In this document: positions 1 to 8,303 of the stretch, one piece after another | Position numbering within the stretch: the first letter of the stretch is position 1 | How the letters are laid out: each line of letters begins with the position of its first letter | Assembly (NCBI GenBank): GCA_040904565.1 | Contig: JBBDTI010000003.1 | Location: 1-47,993 of the forward strand | Source of the DNA: Rhodothermales bacterium | Lineage (GTDB): Bacteria; Bacteroidota; Rhodothermia; Rhodothermales; VXPQ01 | Direction: 5' to 3' | Length of the DNA: 47,993 bases | Notes under the pieces: model-generated | The model's input: only the letters and a program-made list of their open reading frames with translations | What the model was told of the DNA's origin: nothing | Databases searched by the model: none | Position numbers and translations under genes: made by a program

Positions 1-1
1 T

Positions 2-76
<75 letters not shown>

Positions 77-90
77 ATATTTGTGGTAGG

Positions 91-120
91 ATAGTACCGG
101 TGTTCGCACGTTCCCGTGAA
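91..120 (-). promoter_or_regulatory. Putative sigma70-type promoter for tRNA-Asn
   Basis: On the minus strand TTCACG (120-115), an 18-nt spacer and TACTAT (96-91) end 14 nt upstream of the tRNA 5' end. Confidence 0.5.
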
Positions 121-283
121 CGGCCAAGACCCCACCATCGAAATCGTCGCTTCAAACCCGACCGCATGGAGCGGGTTCCTTGAAGCAGGCCCCAAGATAG
201 GCGCGCCGGCCGCCGTGAGTCAAGATCTTGATCCGCTTTTCAAGGTCGTGGATCGACGTCGGATCGGGACGCAGAAGTGGAGG

Positions 284-2218
284 CTAATCGGACGGAGCAT
301 CCTGCTGTGCGTTCCACACGTTGTTGCTGCGAAGGACATCCGGTAGACGCATCTCCGGATCGATCTCCACCCGCTCCGGCGTGCCGCGCCGAAAATGCAG
401 CTGCACGGAACGCTTGCCTGCGAGCCATTCATCCACGGGCACGGTTTGCTTCTCGGTCGAGCCGTCGTCGTAGGTGAGCGTCACGGGCGCGGGCATGGGC
501 GTGAGGCCTTCGTCTCGGACGGTCACCACGACGCCTTCGTCGGTTGCCGAGACATCGGCGATCGACTGGTCCAGCGTCCATGTCTCGTAGAACAGGCTCG
601 TCCAGAACCAGTCCAGGTCCATCCCCGCAACATCCTCGACCGTGTTGAAAAGGTCGTAGGGGTACGGATGCTTGAAGGCCCACCGGTCCATGTATGTCCT
701 GTACGCATCAGAGAACGTCTCCTTTCCGAGGATACTCTCGAGCGCGTAAAGTGCTACGGCGGGCTTGTTGTACGAGGCGATCGTGCGGGCGCTCGTCCCG
801 ACGGGATATCGATCGGCGTGGCGCATCGGCTCGACTTCGTGTCCCGATCCGGCAATGGAGTAGTAGCTCTGGAGATCGGGATGCCACGCATCCGTGTCCC
901 AGAACGCCGCCGTCCCTTCGCGGGTGTTGTACGTGGTGAGGCCCTCGTCCATCCACGCATAATGTTTTTCGTTGTGGGCTGCGGTCAACGGAATCCACAT
1001 ATGGCTGATTTCGTGGAACGTGGTGCCGAAGAGGGACTGCTCCGTTCTCGAGCCGCCGATAAGCGTGATCATCGGGTACTCCATCCCGCCGCCGATAATG
1101 CCTTCCACGACGGTCATCTGCGGGTAGGGATACGGCACGAGCATTTCCGAGAGGTTTCCGACGGAGAAACGACCGAACTCCGCCGATCGATGCCAGGGCT
1201 GCTCTTCCGGTCGGTACATCGTGTGGATGGTGGCGTGGTCCTCCGCGCCATCTCCTTTCCGGTCGCCCACGGCGGCACGCGTAGCATCCCAGACGTACCG
1301 GTTTGAGGTGACGAACGCGAAGTCGCGTACCTGCTCCGCCGTGAAGCGCCACGTCAGCGTCCCGGTGGGAGAGCGGGCGGTGGACGTGCCGGCGGTGCGC
1401 TCGTGATCCTGTACGATCGAAACCACGTCGTCGGTCGAAGCGACGGATCGGTATCGGTCCAGCGCGCGCTTCGAGAGGACCTCTCCCGGATTCTCCAGCA
1501 TTCCCGTCGCCCCAACCAGATATCCTTCCGGGACCGTGATGGACACCTCGTAATCAGCGAAGCCCATGTAGAACTCGCCGTCGCCCATGTATTGCTCGGC
1601 GACCCAGCCGTGTACGTCGTCGAAGACCGCGAACTGCGGATACCAGTACCCCAGGTAGTAAACCTCGCCGTCCTGTCCCATCCGGGGTGCACCCTGTTCC
1701 GGGATGTCGAACGACCAGGCAAACGAGAAGGACATCTCACCGCCCGCCGGAATCTGATCCGCCAGACGCATCTCCATGACGGTCCCGTCTATGCTGTATC
1801 CGACCCCTCGTGCTCGTCCGACCAGCGGCGTATCCGCTGCCCGAACGGAGGCGATAGAGACGCCTCCGGTAATCTGCTGCGGCCGATTCCGGATCGCCCC
1901 CGGTGCGTTCAGATTCTGGCGGAGATGGACGTACACACGGTCCAGCGCATGCGGAGACCGGTTGAAATACGTGGCGGTAAGACGACCCTGCAGTTGGGAC
2001 GACTCCGGAGAGACGATTGCTTCGATCGAATACGCGGCCCCATTTATCCAATAATTCGGTCCGGGCGCTCCGTTCGGCAGGCGGGTTCCCGCATCCAGGG
2101 CTCGCTCGAACTGCGGAATAGGGAAGACGGGATAGGGTTTGGGACGTTCTGACTGTGCGACGGCGAGAGTCGGCAACAGGCAGATCCCAATCAACAGAGA
2201 CAGGAGCCGAGTGGACAT
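284..2218 (-). CDS. Secreted M1 family zinc aminopeptidase
   Basis: Sec signal (MSTRLLSLLIGICLLPTLAVAQ), GGMEYP exopeptidase motif, HEISH zinc motif with downstream WMDEG, and SYNKP tyrosine motif. Confidence 0.92.
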   Translation of the reverse strand: MSTRLLSLLIGICLLPTLAVAQSERPKPYPVFPIPQFERALDAGTRLPNGAPGPNYWINGAAYSIEAIVSPESSQLQGRLTATYFNRSPHALDRVYVHLRQNLNAPGAIRNRPQQITGGVSIASVRAADTPLVGRARGVGYSIDGTVMEMRLADQIPAGGEMSFSFAWSFDIPEQGAPRMGQDGEVYYLGYWYPQFAVFDDVHGWVAEQYMGDGEFYMGFADYEVSITVPEGYLVGATGMLENPGEVLSKRALDRYRSVASTDDVVSIVQDHERTAGTSTARSPTGTLTWRFTAEQVRDFAFVTSNRYVWDATRAAVGDRKGDGAEDHATIHTMYRPEEQPWHRSAEFGRFSVGNLSEMLVPYPYPQMTVVEGIIGGGMEYPMITLIGGSRTEQSLFGTTFHEISHMWIPLTAAHNEKHYAWMDEGLTTYNTREGTAAFWDTDAWHPDLQSYYSIAGSGHEVEPMRHADRYPVGTSARTIASYNKPAVALYALESILGKETFSDAYRTYMDRWAFKHPYPYDLFNTVEDVAGMDLDWFWTSLFYETWTLDQSIADVSATDEGVVVTVRDEGLTPMPAPVTLTYDDGSTEKQTVPVDEWLAGKRSVQLHFRRGTPERVEIDPEMRLPDVLRSNNVWNAQQDAPSD

Positions 2219-2649
2219 GTATAAGCGCGGAACGTTGGAGGTGGCGACGCAGCCTGGCGAGGCCGTCTAACGAGGTTGCTGCATACAAAATGCGGCTGAT
2301 TCTATCGGGTGAAGCACGAGGGGTTTCCTAAATTTGATCGGTATGCTTTGCTAGTCTCGGCTGGGATTCGAAACGTCTAAAACATTTCGTCGACGTTTCC
2401 TGGGTGTTTTAATCCGATTGCCGGCGCCATGGTAACCGTCTTACGAGAAAATTGATGGATCCAAAGCGTCTCGCGATTGTGGAATGGTTCGCAAGTCTGG
2501 TGCCGTATGTAGTTTCGGAGTCGATGCGGCCGGTACGGTGTATCATCAGTGACACTGGAACTTGCGTGAAGCGGCAGCTATTTCTAGACGTGCATCCGCT
2601 CATCCGGGCGATGCCGACTCGGTACGCGCACTTCGGATGAGCGGGATCG

Positions 2650-2734
2650 GCCCAAGTGGCGGAATTGGTAGACGCGCATGGTTCAGGACCATGTGCCCGT
2701 TAAGGGCGTGGAGGTTCGAGTCCTCTCTTGGGCA
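2650..2734 (+). tRNA. tRNA-Leu (CAG), CCA not encoded
   Basis: GCCCAAG/CTTGGGC acceptor stem, GGCGGAATTGGTAGACGC D-arm, CATGG-TT-CAG-GA-CCATG anticodon arm, long variable arm GCCC-GTTAA-GGGC and GGTTCGAGTCC T-arm. Confidence 0.96.
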
Positions 2735-2764
2735 CGTTGAGAGCGTTAGTCATGAGCGCACAGG

Positions 2765-2795
2765 AAGCCTCGCAGCAAGCTGCGGGGCTTTTTTT
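2765..2795 (+). terminator. Rho-independent terminator after tRNA-Leu
   Basis: AAGCCTCGCAGC-AA-GCTGCGGGGC hairpin followed by a run of 7 T. Confidence 0.85.
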
Positions 2796-3041
2796 GCTTA
2801 TGCGATTCTGCGTCTATTCAACCAGTCCGGCAAAATGGGGCCCTTTTCACCTCTCGGCCCGGAAAAGTCTTTCGGCCATTTTGTGATGCGGCCGCGTAGG
2901 CAAAGTGCTCACGATCGAATCGGCGCAGTGCGCAGACCTCAATCAGCGGGATGCTTCTGTCCGCCAGGCTTCGCGGGCGCTATTTTTCAGGTTGTAAAGA
3001 AGAACCACCGAATCCCATTCGATCTCAACGGGAGCACGACG

Positions 3042-3476
3042 ATGTTTACAGGAAAAGTTATCGGAACCATCGCACTGATGTTCGTCCTTGCGCAAGCGAG
3101 CTATGCGCAAGGGATAGGCGACATCCAGGAATACTTCAACGATACCGCCATCAGCGTGAAGGCAACGGACGACCCGGCGCAAAAGCGCGACCTGGTCGAC
3201 AACTCGCTGCGGAGAATGTCCGAGGCGCTGGACAGGATCGATCGAGCCGGCCTGGTTTCGGCGGACAATCGCGCCGGCGTGGATCGCCTCGCCACATCCG
3301 TCCAGGACAAACGGGACGAGCTTGCGGGTCGCAACGGCTATAATGGCGTTCCGGACGCGCAGCTCAACGCCTTTGCCGACTACGTCGTCCAGGATATGGA
3401 GCAGGCCGATCGGACCATCACCATCAGCCTTGTCACGGCGCTCCTACTTGTCATCATCCTGATCCTTGTCACGTAG
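3042..3476 (+). CDS. Hypothetical exported helical protein with a hydrophobic C-terminal tail
   Basis: Start moved to ATG 3042 (GGAG upstream) because the longer ORF runs through the tRNA. Signal peptide ends ASYA-Q and the C-terminus is TITISLVTALLLVIILILVT. Confidence 0.75.
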   Translation: MFTGKVIGTIALMFVLAQASYAQGIGDIQEYFNDTAISVKATDDPAQKRDLVDNSLRRMSEALDRIDRAGLVSADNRAGVDRLATSVQDKRDELAGRNGYNGVPDAQLNAFADYVVQDMEQADRTITISLVTALLLVIILILVT

Positions 3477-3534
3477 TCGATTCGGCACCGATCAGACGAC
3501 GACCTGCTTTCAGCCTTCGTGGAAGCGAAATATC

Positions 3535-4635
3535 ATGACGATCGCCAGGCCCCATGCAACGCTCGTCGCGCGCATGGGCTGCGTGGCGCTCGTGCTTGTT
3601 CTGAGTGCGTGCGGCTCCGTCCCGCTTACTCAGCGGGGAATCCCCGCGCTGGAAGAGGGGGCGGGGACGCGTCCCCCAAGCTACTCGCTCGTATTCTTCA
3701 TCCACGGCGATGGCGACTACCGCTTTCACGACGCCGACGGCACCGCGCATCGAGCAGACGAGGAAGCGCTCGCCGGTGCAAAAAGGGTGGCGGAACGAAA
3801 CCCGCGGGCCGAGGTGTTCATCTTCCACGCAAAGCCCCGGCGGCATGCTTTGTTTTTCATTCCCCGCCCCGACGGCGAATTTTATTATTACCGGCAGGGG
3901 CGCCTGCTCGTTCACGAATCCTACCGGCGCGGCCGCGGACGATCCCGTTTCAATCCCGAAATAAGCCGCTATCACGAATTCAGCGCGGAGGGAGCGTCCC
4001 AGCCCAAACGGTTCTTCCTGTACTTCGGGCACGAAATCCCTGAATATGATGGGGTGGGCTATGATAGGTCGTACCCGCGTCAGGCGTTCACGATGCCTGA
4101 TCTTGCCGACGGGTTGAAGAAGATGACCCGTGATTCTACCCGGTTCGATCTGGTCGTGCTCTCCACGTGTTTCAGCGGCACCCCGCACACCGTTTCCACG
4201 CTCGCTCCGTACGCACGCACCATCGTCGCTTCACCCGAGAACCTCCACCTCTCCTACTTCGATCTCCATCCCTTTGAATGGTTGGATGTCGGTTTGCTGG
4301 ACGGAGGCACTGGCGCGTTCGCGGAAGATTTCGCCCGCCAGACATTCGACCGGCTGTCGGCAGACATCCAGACGGCCGTCACGGTTGCCGTGTATGACGT
4401 GGACCGGGTGCAGGGATACGTGCACTCCGTCGCCGGGGCATACGATAAGGCACTGACGACGTTGAAAGGGGCGTCCCAAGGATTCGCTGAGCACTTCGAT
4501 TGCGCCGAAGATCCCGCCTATGCGCTTCCGGAAAGGAGCGAGGGGGTCATTGTGTTCTACCGGCCGCCGAGCTTCGGGCGCTCGAAGCATAAGCTCAGCC
4601 ACTCCGGATGGGAATGCTGGAAGCTCCCGGAGTAA
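3535..4635 (+). CDS. Clostripain-like (clan CD, C11-type) cysteine peptidase lipoprotein
   Basis: Lipobox VLSAC. The segments FFLYFGH ... FDLVVLSTC ... YARTIVASPE follow the clostripain His/Cys pattern (LILWNHG ... FDLIGFDAC ... ADYLIASEE). Confidence 0.65.
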   Translation: MTIARPHATLVARMGCVALVLVLSACGSVPLTQRGIPALEEGAGTRPPSYSLVFFIHGDGDYRFHDADGTAHRADEEALAGAKRVAERNPRAEVFIFHAKPRRHALFFIPRPDGEFYYYRQGRLLVHESYRRGRGRSRFNPEISRYHEFSAEGASQPKRFFLYFGHEIPEYDGVGYDRSYPRQAFTMPDLADGLKKMTRDSTRFDLVVLSTCFSGTPHTVSTLAPYARTIVASPENLHLSYFDLHPFEWLDVGLLDGGTGAFAEDFARQTFDRLSADIQTAVTVAVYDVDRVQGYVHSVAGAYDKALTTLKGASQGFAEHFDCAEDPAYALPERSEGVIVFYRPPSFGRSKHKLSHSGWECWKLPE

Positions 4636-4662
4636 TACGTCCGATTGGAGCGCGCATCTGCC

Positions 4663-5919
4663 TCACGCCCACCTGTTCCGGCGCGCATCCCAGTTGAGCA
4701 TTTTCTTTTCGAACCACGATTCCACGGCACCGGCGACGGCCACCACGCCGTAGAGGCCAAGTTCGGCGTCGCAGCGCAGCGGCGCATCGTCGCGGATGGC
4801 GGATTGCAGATTCTGATGGTGGGGGAAGACGCTTTCGGCCCCTGTCTTCTCATGCCGCTCGAGAACCTCGCCCGTCGACTCGTCGACGATCTCCCAGCCT
4901 TCGCCCGTGAAGACGAGCGAACGGCCGTGCCCGCGGATGACGTGCTCGATGCGGCGGCCGTTCCCCATGGTGCCGAGTACGTGGACCGTCATGCCCGGCG
5001 TGACGCCCTCCACGGCGGGATACTCGAGAAGCATCTCCATGTTGTCCGGCAATTCGCGTCCGTCATCCCACAGGTAAATGCCGCCCATGCCGACGACGCG
5101 GTCCGGGATCCCCAACTCGCACGCTTTCAAAAGGCGCGTCAGCCGGTGGATGAAGAGGTCGGTCGCCACGCCGCCCGAGTAATCCCGGAAGATCCGCCAT
5201 TCGAAATAGCGTCGCGGACTCCAGGGCCGATCGGGAGCCGGTCCCAGCCAGGCCTCCCAGTCCAGGTCGTCCGGCTTGGGTAGCTCCGGATCGACGCCGG
5301 TACGCCACGGCCCCACGTCGTCGTAGTTGCGCACGTATTCGATCTGGGCGGCGATGACGGGTCCGATCCGACCGTCTCGGATTGCGGCGTGCGCGCTCTC
5401 GTAGCTGTCGTCGCTCATGCCCTGAACGCCGACCTGCATCTTGAGTCCGGAGGATCGCACCTTCTCCAACACCTCAAAGGATTCTTCCACCGTATGCGTC
5501 ATCGGCTTCTCGCAGTAGACGTGAAGGCCCGCGTCGAGGGCGTCGATTGTCTGGCGCGCGTGCCAGTGCTCCGGCGAAGCGATCAAAACGTAGTCCAGAT
5601 CGTCGCGGTCCAGAAGCCCGCGGTAATCGCTCTCCCTTATCGCTCGACCGCCTTCCTCAAATATGATATCTTGAAAATGGCGGGCACGAGTTTCATACAC
5701 GTCGTTTACGGCGACGACCTCGACGGCTTCCGGCATATTCAGCAGCGCGTTGAGGTGGTTGGCTGCCATCCCGCCGCAGCCGATGATGCCGACATTCATG
5801 CGCTCGTTCGCGCCGATAATGCGTGCATAGCTTTGCGCGGAGACGAGGGGCAGGCCGGCCGCAACCGCCCCCGCCGCCTTAAGAAACGTCCGTCGTGAAG
5901 TCCTGGTTTTCTGATTCAT
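4663..5919 (-). CDS. Tat-exported Gfo/Idh/MocA family oxidoreductase
   Basis: Start at MNQKTR with Tat motif SRRTFLK; GIIGCGG Rossmann fold, SPEHWH, YCEKP and WxxWLGPAP motifs. Confidence 0.92.
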   Translation of the reverse strand: MNQKTRTSRRTFLKAAGAVAAGLPLVSAQSYARIIGANERMNVGIIGCGGMAANHLNALLNMPEAVEVVAVNDVYETRARHFQDIIFEEGGRAIRESDYRGLLDRDDLDYVLIASPEHWHARQTIDALDAGLHVYCEKPMTHTVEESFEVLEKVRSSGLKMQVGVQGMSDDSYESAHAAIRDGRIGPVIAAQIEYVRNYDDVGPWRTGVDPELPKPDDLDWEAWLGPAPDRPWSPRRYFEWRIFRDYSGGVATDLFIHRLTRLLKACELGIPDRVVGMGGIYLWDDGRELPDNMEMLLEYPAVEGVTPGMTVHVLGTMGNGRRIEHVIRGHGRSLVFTGEGWEIVDESTGEVLERHEKTGAESVFPHHQNLQSAIRDDAPLRCDAELGLYGVVAVAGAVESWFEKKMLNWDARRNRWA

Positions 5920-6214
5920 CGGGCATCCGGAAGGCGCGTGGAGATCGAAAGGTTCGCGAGGTTCAGGCGGCGACTTGGGTGTCGGGTTCGGCCCGAATCT
6001 CACTGGATTCTACCCAATCGAACGGCTCTATGCAAAGAGAGGGACACCGGTGATAGTGTATTCCGGCGAGTCAGGCAGCGCACCTGTACCGCCCGCGCCT
6101 CGATAAATCTAATGTGTATCTCGTACTTTCCTATTTTGCCCGGGTCACGTAGTGCACGTTTCCCAATGCCGGCATGCCCTGCACCCGCGCGAGATGAACC
6201 CACGACACGATACG

Positions 6215-6964
6215 ATGCAATTATTCGATCTGACGGGAAAAACAGCCCTGGTTACCGGCTCCAGCCGTGGACTTGGATTCGCGATGTCCAGAGGCCTCGC
6301 CGAGGCGGGCGCATCGATCGTACTGAACGGGCGAAGCGCCGAACGCCTCGAGTCCTCCGTCGCGTCGCTGCGTGAGGAAGGTTATGACGTGCGGATGAGC
6401 GTCTTTGACGTAACGGACGAAACAGCCGTTTCGAGGGGCATATCGGAGATCGGTCAGGTCGACGTCCTGGTGAACAATGCCGGAACGACCAGGAGGGGAT
6501 CCCTCGAAACGATGGATGCCGACGACCTCGAACAGGTTCATCGGGTGCACGTAACGGGGCCGTTCCTTACGAGTAAGGCGGTCGTCCCGGGGATGATCGA
6601 GCGCGGCGGAGGCAAAATCGTAAACATCTGCTCGGTCACCAGCGAAATCGGCCGGCCGGGCAACGGCGTGTATATGGCCGCGAAAGGAGGCCTGCGTAAC
6701 CTCACCAGGGCCATGGCGGTGGATTGGGCCCGGCACAACATTCAGGTCAACGGCATCGGGCCCGGCTATTTCAAGACGGAACTGACCCGGCCCCTCGCCG
6801 ACGATCCGAACTTCAATGAATGGATCTGCCGTCGAACCCCGGCCGGTCGGTGGGGAGATCCGACCGAACTTATGGGCGCCGCCGTTTTCCTGGCTTCCGA
6901 CGCATCGAATTACGTAAACGGGCACATACTGTATGTTGACGGCGGCATGCTGGCGTCGATGTGA
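6215..6964 (+). CDS. SDR oxidoreductase, gluconate 5-dehydrogenase (IdnO/KduD)-like
   Basis: MQLFDLTGKTALVTGSSRGLG, NNAG, YxxxK (YMAAK), GIGPGYFKTE, RTPAGRWG and GHILYVDGG. Confidence 0.88.
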   Translation: MQLFDLTGKTALVTGSSRGLGFAMSRGLAEAGASIVLNGRSAERLESSVASLREEGYDVRMSVFDVTDETAVSRGISEIGQVDVLVNNAGTTRRGSLETMDADDLEQVHRVHVTGPFLTSKAVVPGMIERGGGKIVNICSVTSEIGRPGNGVYMAAKGGLRNLTRAMAVDWARHNIQVNGIGPGYFKTELTRPLADDPNFNEWICRRTPAGRWGDPTELMGAAVFLASDASNYVNGHILYVDGGMLASM

Positions 6965-6965
6965 A

Positions 6966-7073
6966 GTTCGCGCGGGCGCACCCGCCACCGCTACACTTCC
7001 GAGCGGCGTCTATTTTGTCCGCATGGACGCCGGCACGTTCACGGTTTCCAGGCCGCTAACGATCCTCAAATAA
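6966..7073 (+). pseudogene. Orphan T9SS (Por) type-A C-terminal sorting tail fragment
   Basis: The intergenic frame reads VRAGAPATATLPSGVYFVRMDAGTFTVSRPLTILK*, matching the LPSGVYFxR...K* tail of T9SS cargo, with no protein body upstream. Confidence 0.6.
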
Positions 7074-7097
7074 CTGGTGATGACCTGTACATCCGTC

Positions 7098-8234
7098 ATG
7101 GTACGTTCCGCGTCTTATATTCTCCGTACGCTCTGTGTCGTGCTGCTCGTCTGCATGCCCACCGGCTCGCCGGCCGCACAGGACCACGATTTCGTCGATC
7201 TGTTCGCCGACGGGCTCTCCGGCTGGGTGGAGATGGGGGAGCCGGGCGCATTTGCGGTGCACGACGGTGTACTGGTGCTGGAAAACCCTAACAATTATCC
7301 AAACTGGCTTCGCAGCGAACGCGAGTACGAGAATTTCGTACTCGAGCTCGAATATCGGACCCATGGCTGGGCCGAGGGCGGCATCTACCTCCACGCGCCC
7401 CTTCACGGAGATCCGGTCAGGTCCGGGATCAAGATCCACTTACGGCACGACGCCGCGGACGATGGGGCGCGGTCTACGGGGGCGATCTACGACGTGAGCG
7501 CGCCGCATACGATGGCGAATGAAACCGGCGACGCGTGGAACCGGCTTCGGGTCGAGATGGACTGGCCGCGCTTGCAGGTGTGGATGAACGGGACGCTGAT
7601 ACAGGACGTCGACTTGATGCGCGACGGGGATCTGCGTCACCGGCTTCGTTCGGGGTACCTGGGATTCGAAGATTGCAATACGCGCTTCAGCTTCCGCAAC
7701 GTACGGATCCGAGAGCTGCCCGGAACAGAGGGTGAGTGGACGGACCTGTTCGATGGCCGCGATCTGGCGGGGTGGGAGCCTTCCGGACAGGCGCAGTGGA
7801 GCGCTCGCGGCGGCGTACTCGAGGCCGCCGGTGGCGACGGCGTGTTCCGGGCGGAGGGTACGTATGGCCGCTTTGAATTTCGGACGTATTTCCGCACCAG
7901 TGCGCACGCCAACGGTGGCATCTTCTTCAGGATGGCGGAACGGACAAACGCGGCGAGTCACTATGAGGTACAGATCTACAATGTGCCGACGGCCACGAAC
8001 CCCACCGGCAGTATATACGGCGTCGTACCTGCATCCGATGGCGGGTGCCGAAGTGGTTCGTGGTGCCTGCTGCAGCTCATATCGAACGGCCCCTCGTCCT
8101 ACGTGCTGATTAACGGTCGACTCGTCGCTGCGAGCCGTGATCTTACGCTGCCGGACGAAGGTCGGATCGCCATCCAACATCACAGCCAGGGTACGATCGA
8201 GTACAAAGGCATCCGGATCAAGCCCCTGCGGTGA
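7098..8234 (+). CDS. Secreted protein with two DUF1080 (3-keto-disaccharide hydrolase/lyase) domains
   Basis: Signal peptide, then two repeats of LFxG..L.GW / F.L.LE / N(E)GGI / TG.IY / WN / G.I..QHH / F(Y)RN(K)IRI. Start could be 7077-7098. Confidence 0.88.
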   Translation: MVRSASYILRTLCVVLLVCMPTGSPAAQDHDFVDLFADGLSGWVEMGEPGAFAVHDGVLVLENPNNYPNWLRSEREYENFVLELEYRTHGWAEGGIYLHAPLHGDPVRSGIKIHLRHDAADDGARSTGAIYDVSAPHTMANETGDAWNRLRVEMDWPRLQVWMNGTLIQDVDLMRDGDLRHRLRSGYLGFEDCNTRFSFRNVRIRELPGTEGEWTDLFDGRDLAGWEPSGQAQWSARGGVLEAAGGDGVFRAEGTYGRFEFRTYFRTSAHANGGIFFRMAERTNAASHYEVQIYNVPTATNPTGSIYGVVPASDGGCRSGSWCLLQLISNGPSSYVLINGRLVAASRDLTLPDEGRIAIQHHSQGTIEYKGIRIKPLR

Positions 8235-8303
8235 TGGCGGCCATTTGCGGGGATCCCTCCTCTCGATCGCACTCTTCGGTGCTACCATAGATTACGCCGA
8301 TCG

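Noticed and set aside
2370-2399. GAAACGTC-N14-GACGTTTC inverted repeat between the M1 peptidase and tRNA-Leu
   Set aside because: A single 8-bp pair with no recognised consensus or second copy; not enough to call.
2562-3041. N-terminal extension of the 304-aa ORF
   Set aside because: It runs through tRNA-Leu and its terminator; the signal peptide begins at ATG 3042.
2650-4635. Integrative element at tRNA-Leu
   Set aside because: No integrase and no clear duplicated tRNA 3' end, and the native terminator follows the tRNA directly.
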